Shown here piece after piece: positions 1-14,052 of a stretch of DNA of 64,000 nucleotides (position 1 is its first letter; each line of letters starts with the position of its first letter). The notes beneath the pieces are model-generated. The model did no database searches, was not told the origin of the DNA, and saw nothing but the letters and a program-made list of their open reading frames with translations. The translations under genes were made by a program, and so were the position numbers. The stretch is from assembly GCF_022539665.2 (NCBI RefSeq), contig NC_081332.1:1302001-1366000 (forward strand), given 5' to 3'. The stretch comes from Daphnia carinata. Taxonomy: Eukaryota.

Positions 1-77
1 GACTTCCGATTTGGCACGAATATTTAAACTTAAAACGACGCCATTCTCAGAGCGTGAAAACTGAAACTGTAACTTAC

Positions 78-1651
78 TTCGAGCCAACGGAGCTAAGCGG
101 TGGTTGATCCGGAATTTCTTCATCATTTAGCATTTGTAGGATACGACTAACTTCGGCATGTAGGTCATCTTCCAAGATTTCTGAAAGTAATAAAACAGAA
201 TGGGAACCAAGTAGAATAGATAAATAAAAAAAAAGGGTAAAAATATGGTGAATTCTAAAAAATGCGATAAACTTCAACAAATGAAGAAGATAACTAACTA
301 TATGTTTTCTCTTGGATCCAATCTTCGAATTTCTTTTCGCAGTCCATCACTTCTTTTACAGGTTTAGGTGCTGCTGGAAAAGTAATCAAAACTATGCTCA
401 TGTTATCTCGGCTTCCCTAAATAATCCAAAAATCGACGCTGAAAACCCAATTCGTAAAAAAACGATTCAAGTAGCTCTGATACCTTAAAGAGGCAATGAT
501 CAACGACAGCCGCGCAAACTTTTGACAAATCATCCGTGATGGTTAATTGATAACGAATAAAATGGCATAAGTCCTCGTTTGTCATAACGTCCCATATACC
601 ATCGCACGCGAGAACGAGGAACTGGTCCTCATCATCTGGCTTTCGTGTTTCGACGTAAATTTCTGGCTCTGGAGATACCAATTGTTCGGTCGGCCCTACG
701 ATGCATTAAGAAAAAAAATTCATACAGCGTTTAAATTAGATGACAGGGATGAAATGAAAGTTATACCTCTGCCTTCTACGCTTTTGTATTCGAAGTCACC
801 AAGAGCCCTTGAGACTGCCAGTGATCCGTTGACCCTGTGAATCATAACCGAGCCGCCTGCGTCTTGTATTCTTTTTTTTTTCAGCAGCCACTGTCGGTTT
901 GTGGTCCATCGTGCACACGGCTGCCTCGCCGTTTCGACACAAAACAGCTCGCGAGTCACCGCAATTAGCAATGTAGAAGTGGGTTGGTGAAATTAATGTG
1001 GACACTGCTGTTGATCCGCTCTTATCTTCGCCCTTTACCACACACGGCATTTGCCTCATGGTCTCATCTAATCTATTAGACAATAAATTCTTCTTAAAGA
1101 TAGCGCAACTAACATGTGACTTTTTTTTTTTTTACTTAAGAAATCCCGCGTGAATGGCACCTCTAATGCTTTTTTCAAGTTCGTTGTTTTCTTCATCAAT
1201 TTCAGCTGTCTTTGGTGAAATTTTCTTGAAGTCCTCTGTTTCTGTAATGGTTGGCAACAAATGACTTGCACAATGAGCTGAAACAGTCGAGCCGCAGTGC
1301 CCGTCAAAAACGGCGAAAAATGACCAATCTGCATGTCAAAAACAGGAGAGAATGAGGAATTATGTTAGTCATATGCTGCACTTTCTCAGGAACACACATA
1401 CTACTAATTCAACTTAACATGGAATCCAGCAGGACACAAAATTAACCTAAAACTGACAAAACCATACAGGCAAATGAAGACTTGACATTTATAATACCTT
1501 CGAAACCACCTGGTAGCCCAATAACTGCAGTATGTGAATCTTCCATTTCTACACGCCAACCTTGCATACTGACAACTCCATATCTGAGTCCATTGCCTTC
1601 ATTACACTCTTGACTTTTATCCGTTTTCGGTTTATCTAGGAATCCCCCCAT
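78..1651 (-). CDS. Protein phosphatase 2C, PPM1A/PPM1B-like (3' end runs off the window; one apparent 1-nt frameshift)
   Basis: Spliced exons read [10 protein letters not shown]...[13 protein letters not shown] | [13 protein letters not shown] | [38 protein letters not shown] | [13 protein letters not shown] | GSRDNMS, the canonical PP2C motifs. All introns are GT-AG. An extra base in the T-run at 872-881 breaks the frame at [10 protein letters not shown]. Confidence 0.92.
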
Positions 1652-2351
1652 TTTTTTTCTCAGGTGAAATAAGGTTAGCAGGTACAGTACAGCCCTTCTC
1701 TTGGCTTTACTAATGATTTGTTTACTCTGGGTGATGACTGTGCTGGATTTCACATCCATGCATTGATGGACGTCCCAACAAATTGCTGGCTGTTTCCTAG
1801 TGCTTTCCTAAGCACATCACACTGCCTACAAAAAGAAAATTTGGAAAGGTAAGATGTTAATTGAAAAATATTGCCAAAGTCGGGAAACATGGTTATTAAA
1901 CATGAATTAAAAAATTATTAGATGTGAGTAAAGTACAAAAGACAAACCATGCAACTTTAACCTCAACATGAAAAGAAGTTTCAGAAAATGGCTACGCCTA
2001 GACGCAGTGGATCTGATAAGCTAGATAAGATGAAATTTATCTTAGGTGATAACGGTCGTAGTCATTTCTTTACCTGGTATGTGACGTTCGTTTACTCTTG
2101 TAACTTTTTTTTTATTGATTTGCTTTTTTCGGCCCGTGTTAATTACAACTGCCAAGACTCCTTCAATAATAATTATAATAGGCGACGGCAAGTCAATAAA
2201 AATTTGAGACACTGCAGATTATTATCGCCTGCCTTAACTCAATATCCTCGTCGTTGCAAAATCAATTCGCCAAAACTGTTACTATTGTACTACTATCTCC
2301 TCCCAACAACGTTCTTCTAATGGCGCCATCGATTATCGAGTTACACGTTTA

Positions 2352-2359
2352 TATCGATA
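2352..2359. promoter_or_regulatory. DRE-like element TATCGATA near the probable PP2C transcription start
   Basis: Exact palindromic TATCGATA upstream of the putative 5' UTR exon (donor near 2073). DRE is a known arthropod housekeeping promoter motif. Confidence 0.45.
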
Positions 2360-2829
2360 TGTAGACTTAGGTATCATCCATCGTTTTTCAAAAGTCATAA
2401 CAACTTGGAATCATCATTGCCGTTTCTAAATAATTTTTAATTAAATTGCAAACTGGAATTTTGAAATTTACAAATCCAATATGGGATAAGGTATTGAATC
2501 ACTTTAATACAATAAGGCCATCTAATGAATAATTAGATTACTAATGTAAGGCAATAAGTGAGTGGGACAACTCTGTGCTTTATTTTTGTAATAATACTTA
2601 TCATGTAATATTCACAAAACAAGTTGCGGATAGAAAATACAATATTATCATTCACCATCATGTATTCCATTGTCACAGTCTCACTTTTTACACATACTCA
2701 TGGTAAACAAAAAATTTTTGTGGTCAGCCCAAACCGTAGAAGTCATATCCCTACACAGAGTGTTACATGGATAAAGGAAGGTATGGATATAGCCACTTGT
2801 GAAAAAAAATGCACAGTTTGGAAGATTAG

Positions 2830-4970
<2,141 letters not shown>

Positions 4971-5660
4971 CTATTTCGTCGAGAATTCCCTAATTGTAGT
5001 AATTTGTTGAGTGAAATTTATACTAGCAGAGAACGAACAAGAGCACGTCACTCTCTTACTTCTCTAAACAACTACGGGCGAAGGGCTCCTCTTCTAGCCA
5101 GGAGTAAGAATTGGCGACAAATTTCTAATCGTATTTATTACCATTTTCTTATGGTAATACGAACAAACTAGCTGCCTACCTGCTAGCCGCACTGGTGTTA
5201 GAAACAAAAACTTATTGGTATCGAAGAGGGTCACATATCCCGATGATTAGCTGCCTGCATCCATGAACCTAGTGGCCATGGGGAGATTTACCAACAACCT
5301 ACGACCTACGATTACCTCTTCTCTACCTCAGTTTTGTGGGTCGATCTTTAACATGTAGTGAACGGTACTACAGATCGATGTGAAACGTCTGTATATGTGT
5401 TGTGTAGGTATATGTGTGTATTGTTTTTTTAGTGTGGTGCCATTTTTAGCCCCTTTATAGTAGGCATGGCTCTTCTTTTTTCTTTTTTCTTCTTTCTTCA
5501 TATCCAGCGTTGTCATTTTGTTTTTTGCGTTTAACAAAATCTTATGGAACCTGTGTCCAACCAAATAGAAAAAAAATGAGCGTTGTTTAAAGTTTTGTTG
5601 ACAATTAAAATATTCGTTTCATATGCAAGCAAATTACATAAAAACCATTTGAACCACTTA

Positions 5661-6775
5661 TCAATGTTCATCTCGCGTGGCACCAGGACAACTGGAACTG
5701 AGATCTAGATCGTCATTAAATTTCGTTGCACACCAAGTGCAATACCAATGCACTTGGCGGAGGTATGCCGTGATCAACTCCAATTGTTCACCAGGTTCTA
5801 AAAGTTGTTCTTCTTCTTTTTCTTCAACGTTTTCGTCTTCTTGATCAGATTTGTCCGACTCTTTGACCACTTGGGGCCAAAACCAAAGTTCAGCCGGTTC
5901 CAGGATGTTCTTTTCTTCGTCCAGAACTTGGCACATCCGTTGGCTCTTCCTCAAATCAACGAGCATGAGTTTCTGCACGGTTTCATCCTTTTTACGATTT
6001 CTAAATTCAGTTACACTTGTCGAACTGTTTTGGCTAGAGATTCTGTTCTGCAACATTGTCATCTTTCTTTGTAGTATATCCTTCACGGCAGCCTCTCTAC
6101 CCAATCCAGCTCGCGTAGCCTTTATTTCAACGGCTACAGGCTCCACACGACCTTCTTCTGTCTTTCCCAAGCCTTTGCCTGGATTGTAACCCATTTTTTG
6201 TAACATGGCAAAGCCTGCAATAAAAGTAGAATGCAAATTATTTGTCTAAAGATCTAATTTTATTCTTTCATACCTTTATTCTGGCTACTAATAGCTGTGC
6301 TTAGCCCTTCTTCACGCTTTTCAGCCTCTAAAACTCTGACTGGTTTGTTCAATTTTCTCATTTTTTCATTTGCACTTCGGTGCTGCTCCTCCAACTGGAA
6401 CTGCCTTTTAGTGCTCTGCTTGAAAACTAGTCCTGGCCTGACATCTTTTACACTGTAAAATGATTCAGTATGAAAATGACGTAAGATCCAGAAACATTAA
6501 ACAATTAAACTAATGAATTTTAAACACACTTTTTGTTATAATTTCCTCACTTAATTGATTTTCAGTGAATTTGATATTCATTACGACGACGGAAACCAAA
6601 ACTATACATCTTGAGACAGTAGTTTTCTTTCATTTCTCTGCCTCTTAAATTTGTTTTAGATCCAACCCATAAGCTTGCTTAGATAAAACACCATCATTGG
6701 AGTAAGACATTCATATTACCATGCCGCCAAGAATTCTTCAGACATGTAATCCGGCTCCTCGTCAGTATCTGCCAT
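5661..6775 (-). CDS. GPATCH11: G-patch domain-containing protein 11-like
   Basis: Three exons: MADTDEEPDYMSEEFL | VKDVRPGL...SSQNK | GFAMLQKMGYNPGKGLGKTEEG (G-patch). The C-terminus HWYCTWCATKF..CPGATRDEH* is the Cys-rich tail typical of this family. Confidence 0.88.
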
Positions 6776-7180
6776 AATTGTTATTTCTGGTCAACAAAAT
6801 CGAACAACAATCATTATTTCTCCAGCCTGACTGCTGGAACAGAAACGTCTTTGTAATTTCATGGTGTATAGCAGACAAACTGCTCAGTGGGGAACAACAT
6901 TGCCGCGTTTTTCAAAAAATAAGCGCCAAAATTTGAAGAACAACACAAATCTATTTTCTTCGTGCTTGGATGGACTACTTCTATTTCATGTAACATGATT
7001 ATCGAAAATAACGTCATGATTGAAATAGTGTACCAATCAATGTATTTGACGTACAAGGCTTACAGCATTGGAAATGAAAATGCAATTAATTGGTCGAAAA
7101 TGAATCTTTCTTCCACCACATCAGTTCCAGCTGTGTGGTAGTATTAAATTCAAGGGAATCAAAGCGAGCTGCAAATGCAC

Positions 7181-7709
7181 CTAATATGGAGGCGGTGGTG
7201 CGTAGGCAGGTGCGGGAGGAGAATACGCAGGCGGCGGCGGAGCGTATGATGGTGGGGCATAAGCCGGAGGAGCGTAAGGTGGAGGAGCGTAGCTTGGTGG
7301 GGGAGCATAAGGTGGGGGTGAATACTCTGGAGGTGGTGAATAAGCTGGAGGAGGGTAGGGCGGGTATTCTGGCACGCCGACATGGACAGGAACTGGTTGC
7401 TCCACGAGACCGACCATGGTCATTGCCGGGACTCCAGCGCCTTTCGGTCCAAGACCCAAACCGAGGCCGAACCCGCCTTTCTTGCTGTAGTACAAGAATC
7501 GCTTATGCCGTTCGCCATGGCTCTTGCGTTCTTCCTCTCCTTGGCAACTCCAAAGGCATAGTGAAAGCAATAGAACCTAGCATTACAGCCAAATGAACAG
7601 TTAGAATCTCGGTCTGAAGAATTGTTAGATAAAACACACGTAAAAAACTGAATCGTAATAATGAAAAATTAAAATGAATTACCACGACTGAGACGCAATG
7701 CAATTTCAT
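7181..7709 (-). CDS. Secreted Pro/Tyr-rich (extensin-like) protein, ~140 aa, with RHKR furin-type site
   Basis: Exon 1 7709-7683 (MKLHCVSVV, gtaatt donor) joins exon 2 7576-7181 (VLLLSLCLWSCQG EEERKSHGERHKR FLYYSKKGG...PVPV...(YAPPP)n). Confidence 0.8.
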
Positions 7710-8492
7710 CTTGCCACAGAACCCCGAACAGAGTGGGACAGGTTTCCAATTGGTTTTCGAATTGCTATTGGCTTGAAGCCGGTAGAAGATCGAATGATGC
7801 CGCTCAACATCTCTTCTTCTTCTTTTTATTCATTTTCATTGCTATATTATGGTGTGCGACCTTAAAATTCAAAACAAATTTCCAGTAGAATAAAATGTGA
7901 ATACTCATGGTCAATTATTAATTCAAGGTATTTCAGGTGCTTGACAAGGTCGATTCCACAAAGCTAACGTTTTAAACTCTACATTTTTCGTGAAAAATTC
8001 GGAATAACTCAAGTAGGATCATAAGTTAAACTACAGTAAACCAGATTTTCCAAAATGCAAATTTCTTTTTACCGATAAATAAACCGTGAGGTATTCGTAA
8101 ACCATTAGCATAGTGAGTAACGTACATCGTACTGAAATTACGTACATCTCTACCAAAGTAAATTGTTTTCGCTTCTACTTGTTTCATGGACGAGTATTAC
8201 CTGTGAAAACTGAGATTAACGACTTCCGAGAAAAAAATTACAAGACAACAATGATTACATTTTTGAAAACCTATTAGCTCACGAAGGTCAGAGTTTAACC
8301 TTTGGGTTCTTCCCGGGAAAAGTTTAAACCCCTCGCTACATTACATCGTTTTGAAAGAATGGAAGGCAATAAATACCGACTTGCGTGGTCCTATCAGCAT
8401 CAATCACCAGCCTTCATCGGCCTAGTATTGTTGCCAATCGTTGTTCCAGAAACACGGTTATTGTTCAGAGGTGTAACTGTAACACCTCTACG

Positions 8493-9175
8493 ATGAAGTT
8501 CCGCAAGGTAATTTCGATAATTTCAGATGTTAACATGGTACTTTGAATTTAATTCTATTCGCTATCCTAAAGAATGTAGCGCTGCTGTCGCTGTTGGTTC
8601 TCTTTAGTTTGATGGCTGCTAGAGCTGATGAAGAGGAGAGCACTACGACCACGGAGGGATCTACTTCTACAGAGGAATCTACCGACGACTCGATAAATCG
8701 AGATAAGCGTTTCTTGTTCTTTATGAAGAAGAAAGGCGGCGGAGGAGGTGGTGGAGGAAAAGGATTAGGAGACGTCGACAATCCAATTCCGATGGTGGGA
8801 ATCGTTCAGCGACCTGTGCCTGTTCCTGTTCCTATACCGATGGACTATCCTCCTCAACCTTATGCTCCTCCGCCAAGCTATTCTCCTCCAGCATATGCTC
8901 CTCCTCCTAGCTACCCACCTCCATCTTATCCTCCCCCGAGTTATTCCCCACCTCCGTACGCTCCCCCGCCAAGCTATTCACCCCCACCTTATGCACCTCC
9001 TTCTCCTCCGCAATATGCCCCTCCTTCCCCACCACAATATGCCCCTCCCTCGCCTCCGCAATACGCCCCTCAATCTCCTCCGCAATATACCCCTCCCTCG
9101 CCTCCGCAATATGCCCCTCCTTCTCCTCCAGCTCCTCCTGCTTATTCGCCACCAGCTCCACCTTCTTATCCATAA
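8493..9175 (+). CDS. Secreted Pro/Tyr-rich protein, ~205 aa, with RDKR furin-type site; paralog of 7181-7709
   Basis: Exon 1 8493-8507 (MKFRK) and exon 2 8573-9175 encode a signal peptide, an acidic pro-segment, RDKR FLFFMKKKGGGG, MVGIVQRPVPVPV, then SYSPPPYAPP / QYAPPSPP repeats. Confidence 0.85.
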
Positions 9176-10116
9176 AGGATTCTTTTTAATGTTCCTCATG
9201 GGCGGATTAGCAAACCACCACCTTTTGAGCTGGCTTAAAAGAAAACGTAGTAAATGTCTGTAGTTTTGAATGCTTACCGAATATTGTTAGGTTCGATGTG
9301 AGTTATCGAGAATATAGTAATTCATGGTAGTTGTTTTTTCGTCTCATTTGTTTCTTCCTTCTGTGAACAGTGAATTAGCCTGTAACATTTCAAGTATCTA
9401 TGGCTTTTTTTCCAAACTGTTTCAAGGACTGATAACCCTCCCCACATCTCTCTGAAAATAAAAATACAATTTATAATAAATTAAATTGAATCGTATTACA
9501 TTTACGAGTGAACAAAAATAGAAAATGAAACTGCCGATAAACAGGGTATCTTTGTTATCAGAGAACAAACCGATTACGTCATCGGGTTTTTCTTGCGTGC
9601 TTGTGTTTACGTTACTTGAGTGAGTGATGAAAAAAGGAATGTTTTAAATAACCCCTAACTTGAATCAATAATAATAAACATCAATATGAGTTCCTAAGAA
9701 TTTACCTATTTTATTTTCGACAAGCTGTCAACGATGTTCTGCGCGCGTATTTTCGCATGTGATTTAACCTCCATTAGTTAGAAAAATGATATTTTCCACC
9801 TGAATTTCGGCGAAACGTGCACAAGTAAGCTGTTTTTATTAATCTATTATGCCACCTTAATACTATTTTCGATAAAAGCACGTGAAATCGGCCCACAGAA
9901 ATTGCATGAAATTTCATCGAACCTTGCGATGGCCTTATGAATTCTATACAAATCCATCAATTGGGAATAAAGAAAAGACATTCAGTTGTTCGCATCTATC
10001 GTGTCAACAACTATAAAACAGTGTCTCAATAACAAATCTGACAGTATATAAAACGATGCACCCAAGAAATTAAAGCATTGACTCGATTGTAGACCGGTCG
10101 GCAACACTTGGCAAGG

Positions 10117-10693
10117 ATGAAATTTCAAATAATTTCAGTATTAGTACGACTATTTCATCATGTTATTTTGACAATTTATTTTAATGTTATTTTTTTTTTC
10201 AGGTACTCATTTTCCTTATGGCAGGAGCAGTAAAATCAAGTAAACGTCAAAAACGTTTCATTCTTTTGAAAAGAATTCTACAGATGAACGGTGGAGGGAT
10301 TCCTCTCTCTTCCGAGACCCAGCACCTTCGTGTCCACCCATCTACATTCAACAGCAATCACAAACAGCGGCTACTCAGACACCCTACTACACTACTACAC
10401 CCACTCCTTATTATACCACAACAACCACCCCTTATTATACTACTATGCCAACCCCCTATTATACATCGCCGGCTTACAACCCTCCACCAGTATATCAGTA
10501 CACTACACCAACACCTCCGCCAGCTTACAATAAACCAACTTATCCACCAAGTAAGCCAAGATACGAACAGCTACCGACTTACCTCCAAATGCCACCAATC
10601 TACAAGCCACCTACGCCGTCCGAGCAGATTTATAATCAGCAACAACCTCCGTCATCGTACCAATCTCCACTTTTGCCACACCAAATGTTCTGA
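10117..10693 (+). CDS. Third secreted Pro/Tyr/Thr-rich gene; frame break or extra intron near 10240-10322
   Basis: TATATAAA at 10045. Exon 1 MKFQIIS (10117-10137); exon 2 from 10203 reads VLIFLMAGAVKSSKRQKRFILLK. The TPYYTTT/PPPAY-rich coding continues in a different frame to TGA at 10691-10693. Confidence 0.65.
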
Positions 10694-12149
10694 AATTAAA
10701 ACAAGAAGTTTAGTTTAGTATAGAATGAAAAATGCACGGGTTGCACATGTCAAAATTCATCACTAAGCCTTCGGAATGTAAACTCAATTTGCTACATACG
10801 TCAATTGCTAATACAGAAACGACTTTTGAAAATACGAAACTGGAAATAATATTTCGCTAGAATTATTTGGCTTCATTGTTTCTTTGATAATCTAATTACA
10901 ACACATATCATTGTTGCATCAGAAATTTTCTTTGCTAACACTTCTTTAAACTAATTTAAATGTTTTTCTAGACGGAATACCTAATTAATCACGGCAAGTG
11001 TGCAAGGGAACTTGGCCCAGTACCCAGAAAGCAATAGACGAATGAAGAATGTCTTCTCGTGACTTGGCAAACCGTCACATTCGGTAGCTTTTGAAACACT
11101 GGAAAATAACACGTCATTCAACACAAGAATTTTATGTGCCAGAAAACTCCAATTAGTAACACTACATTGCATTGTAAGCCATATTTCTACTGGTTCATCA
11201 GACGTTAATTTTTAGGGCAGAATCCCTGCACGAGGAATGTATGCCATGTTTAGTTTTTAATTTAAATAAAAACAAAGAGCCATTCTCTGATAGATAAAAT
11301 CACCTAGCAACAAGCAAGGCTTTGTGCAAGTCATACCTGATAAACGTTCGAGTTTCACTCGTACATTAACGTAGAGAAATTGGGACGAGTCACACGATCA
11401 CCACATGCTCGTTGCCGCCTCAGTGCTTGCTGACTGTTATCTTTTACTTCCATCAAGTGAAAGAAAAAGAGCGCCATCTCTGTCGTCTGCAAACATTCCC
11501 GTCATCACATTCCGGACGAGTCTAATTTGATCAGTTGTTAATCTGGCTTCTGTCACTGCCTAGAAAAAATAATTATAACTGAAGGGGAACTACTAGTAGC
11601 GAGCCAACAGTGATGCATATCTCCGGAACAGCGTGATTCACTTTTCCTTCGTATTCTTCTTCAGCTTTGAAAAATCTGGTCTTTCAGAGAATAGTCTTCA
11701 AAAATTTGTCTGCCCCATTGCACATGCCTCAAGTGCACTATTATCTTTGTCGGTTTTGGGATTGCCCGTGTCTGTCGTAATTTTGCGAGCTTTTACCAAA
11801 GTCCCATTGTCGTGCATCAAGTTGTTTTTCCTTTGCATTTCTTGTGTATTTATAATTCCAGGTAACCCAACATAACCAAGAGCTACAATACTACTTACAT
11901 TGTTGTTGAACATAACAGCTGTTTGCACTATTTGTTTAATTGATACTGCTAACAGAAATCAAAATGCAGTCCTTTTCTTTTCTTGACAATAGACGAGATT
12001 TGCTAGGCTGCATCCCATAGGATGAACATGTCTGTGAGAAATCGTAACAAGGTAGCAGACATGTTTTTTACTGTTTTGTTAAATCAATAATAGTTATTTG
12101 AGAAAATACCATGGCTGTCATCCAGTTTACCCCAGAGAAGAATACGACA

Positions 12150-14052
12150 ATGTCTATTAAAGAGAAGACGACTAGCATTTCAAGAGCCTTCCTAGTCATA
12201 CGGATGCTCTTCTTCACAACTGTGATTGCACTGACTGTTCTTATTGCAACAGGTAAGAAATAGTGTAGAAACAAAATGAATTGGATATACCTTAATAGAC
12301 TTTTTACGTTCAAGTTATGGTCAACAACACAACAGGCTGGATTTCTCCCCATCACAGCACGAACCTTTTGGACAAGCTTTCTTTAAGCCTTGGCCTTCAG
12401 GAGCATGTTTACACGGTTGTTATTGATGCTGGTAGTACAGGCTCAAGAGTGTTGGCTTTTACCTTTCATCGGTCATTATCAGGTAAATACAAAGTCCATT
12501 AAATTGTGCCTTCTCTTAAACAATTACTTTTCATAGACCGAAGTGTAAAGCTAGACCAAGAATTCTATTCACATATCAAACCTGGATTGTCTTCCTTCGC
12601 TGATGATCCCAAACAAGGAGCTGATTCGATAAAACAACTTCTAGACAAGGCCAAAATAGTTGTACCCCCTCACCTTTGGCACCAAACGCCCCTAGTCCTG
12701 AAGGCAACAGCCGGCTTGAGACTTTTACCTACTAAAAAAGCAAATCTTATTCTTGAAGAGGTAAATGCCTTTTTCATTACATCGTTTGCCCACTTACTAG
12801 GGTTGTGTACAATTTCAGGTTCGACGAGTATTTGAAGAATCTGGATTCATGGTGACACCGCGGTCGGTGAGCATCATGGACGGCATTGACGAGGGTCTCT
12901 TTTCTTGGTTTACCATCAATTTCCTCCTCGGTTAGTAACTTTGAATTCGTAGCTTACTTGAATAAAAACATGATTTGTTGTTTTACAGATCGTCTGCACC
13001 ATCCTGAACAAACCGTGGCAGCATTAGACTTGGGTGGAGGTTCAACGCAAATTACTTTCGTTCCCAAAGGTAGGAATCCAAAAATTTACTGTTTAGATTA
13101 GAACAATTACGTAATTTTCTAAAAATCTTAGAAAAAAGTACAATGGAGGGAGCCCCTCAAGGATTTATCCACCAAGTAGCCACCCTTCAGCAAAAGATTG
13201 ATGTTTACTCATTTAGGTATATAACGTTTCGGTACTATTTCATTGCACACTGTAACATTATCTTTTGTTTTAAAATAGTTACCTTGGGTTAGGATTGATG
13301 GCAGCGCGAAAACAAATTCTGTCGGCTGGCCAAGAGGAAGGAGAACTTGAATTGCGTTCACCTTGCATTAACCCTATGGTAAAGAAAGGTTGGACTTATA
13401 GTGGCGTGAATTACATTGTGAAAGGAACTCACGATGTTGACGTCGAGAAAATTCCTCTGTCCGAGTGGCAAAAGAAAGGCGGTGTACCTAAAGCTGATTT
13501 TAACGAGTGCCTCAGACTCAGTCGTAGTCTTCTAGAAACTTCTGTTCATAAACCTGCCGAGCTCAATGACCGCGAAGTGTTGGCCATTTCGTATTATTAC
13601 GACAGAGCCAGCGACCATGGTTTGATAGGTATATTTTCTTAAATTCCTTTAAATCCACAGCCACCCTAATAAACTTTCATTTATTCAGACTCATCTGAGG
13701 GTGGAACATTGACCATAAAAGAATTATTTAAAATGGCAGAACAAAGTAATTTGATTTAAATTAAAATTACCATGAATTTTCACTAAATTTTTATGTCGAT
13801 AGTTTGTGCCGTCCCGAATCCGGACCAAGCTTTTGCCTGCTTGGATATGACCTATATTTCTGCCTTGCTTCATCATGGGTTCGGTTTAGCTACCAATACC
13901 AAGTTGCAGGTGTGTTCAATATGGCAAGCGTTTCATCCTTCCATTACATTAATCGTTTCTTTTGTAAAAAACAGTTGAGGAAGAAGATTGACGGCTACGA
14001 GACCAGTTGGGCTTTGGGCGCCGCTTTCCATGTTCTTCATAATGGAATTTAA
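12150..14052 (+). CDS. Ectonucleoside triphosphate diphosphohydrolase, ENTPD5/6-like (GDA1/CD39 family)
   Basis: N-terminal TM anchor followed by the apyrase conserved regions DAGSTGSR, ATAGLRLL, MDGIDEGLFSW, DLGGGSTQ and ETSWALG across about ten exons. The exact start codon is uncertain. Confidence 0.92.

Noticed and set aside
7090..9263. Alternative-frame and antisense ORFs over the Pro-rich genes
   Set aside because: By-products of low-complexity codon repeats.
11207..11230. AATTTTTAGG plus a short hairpin resembling an snRNA Sm site
   Set aside because: The stem is only 4 bp and there is no similarity to a known snRNA.
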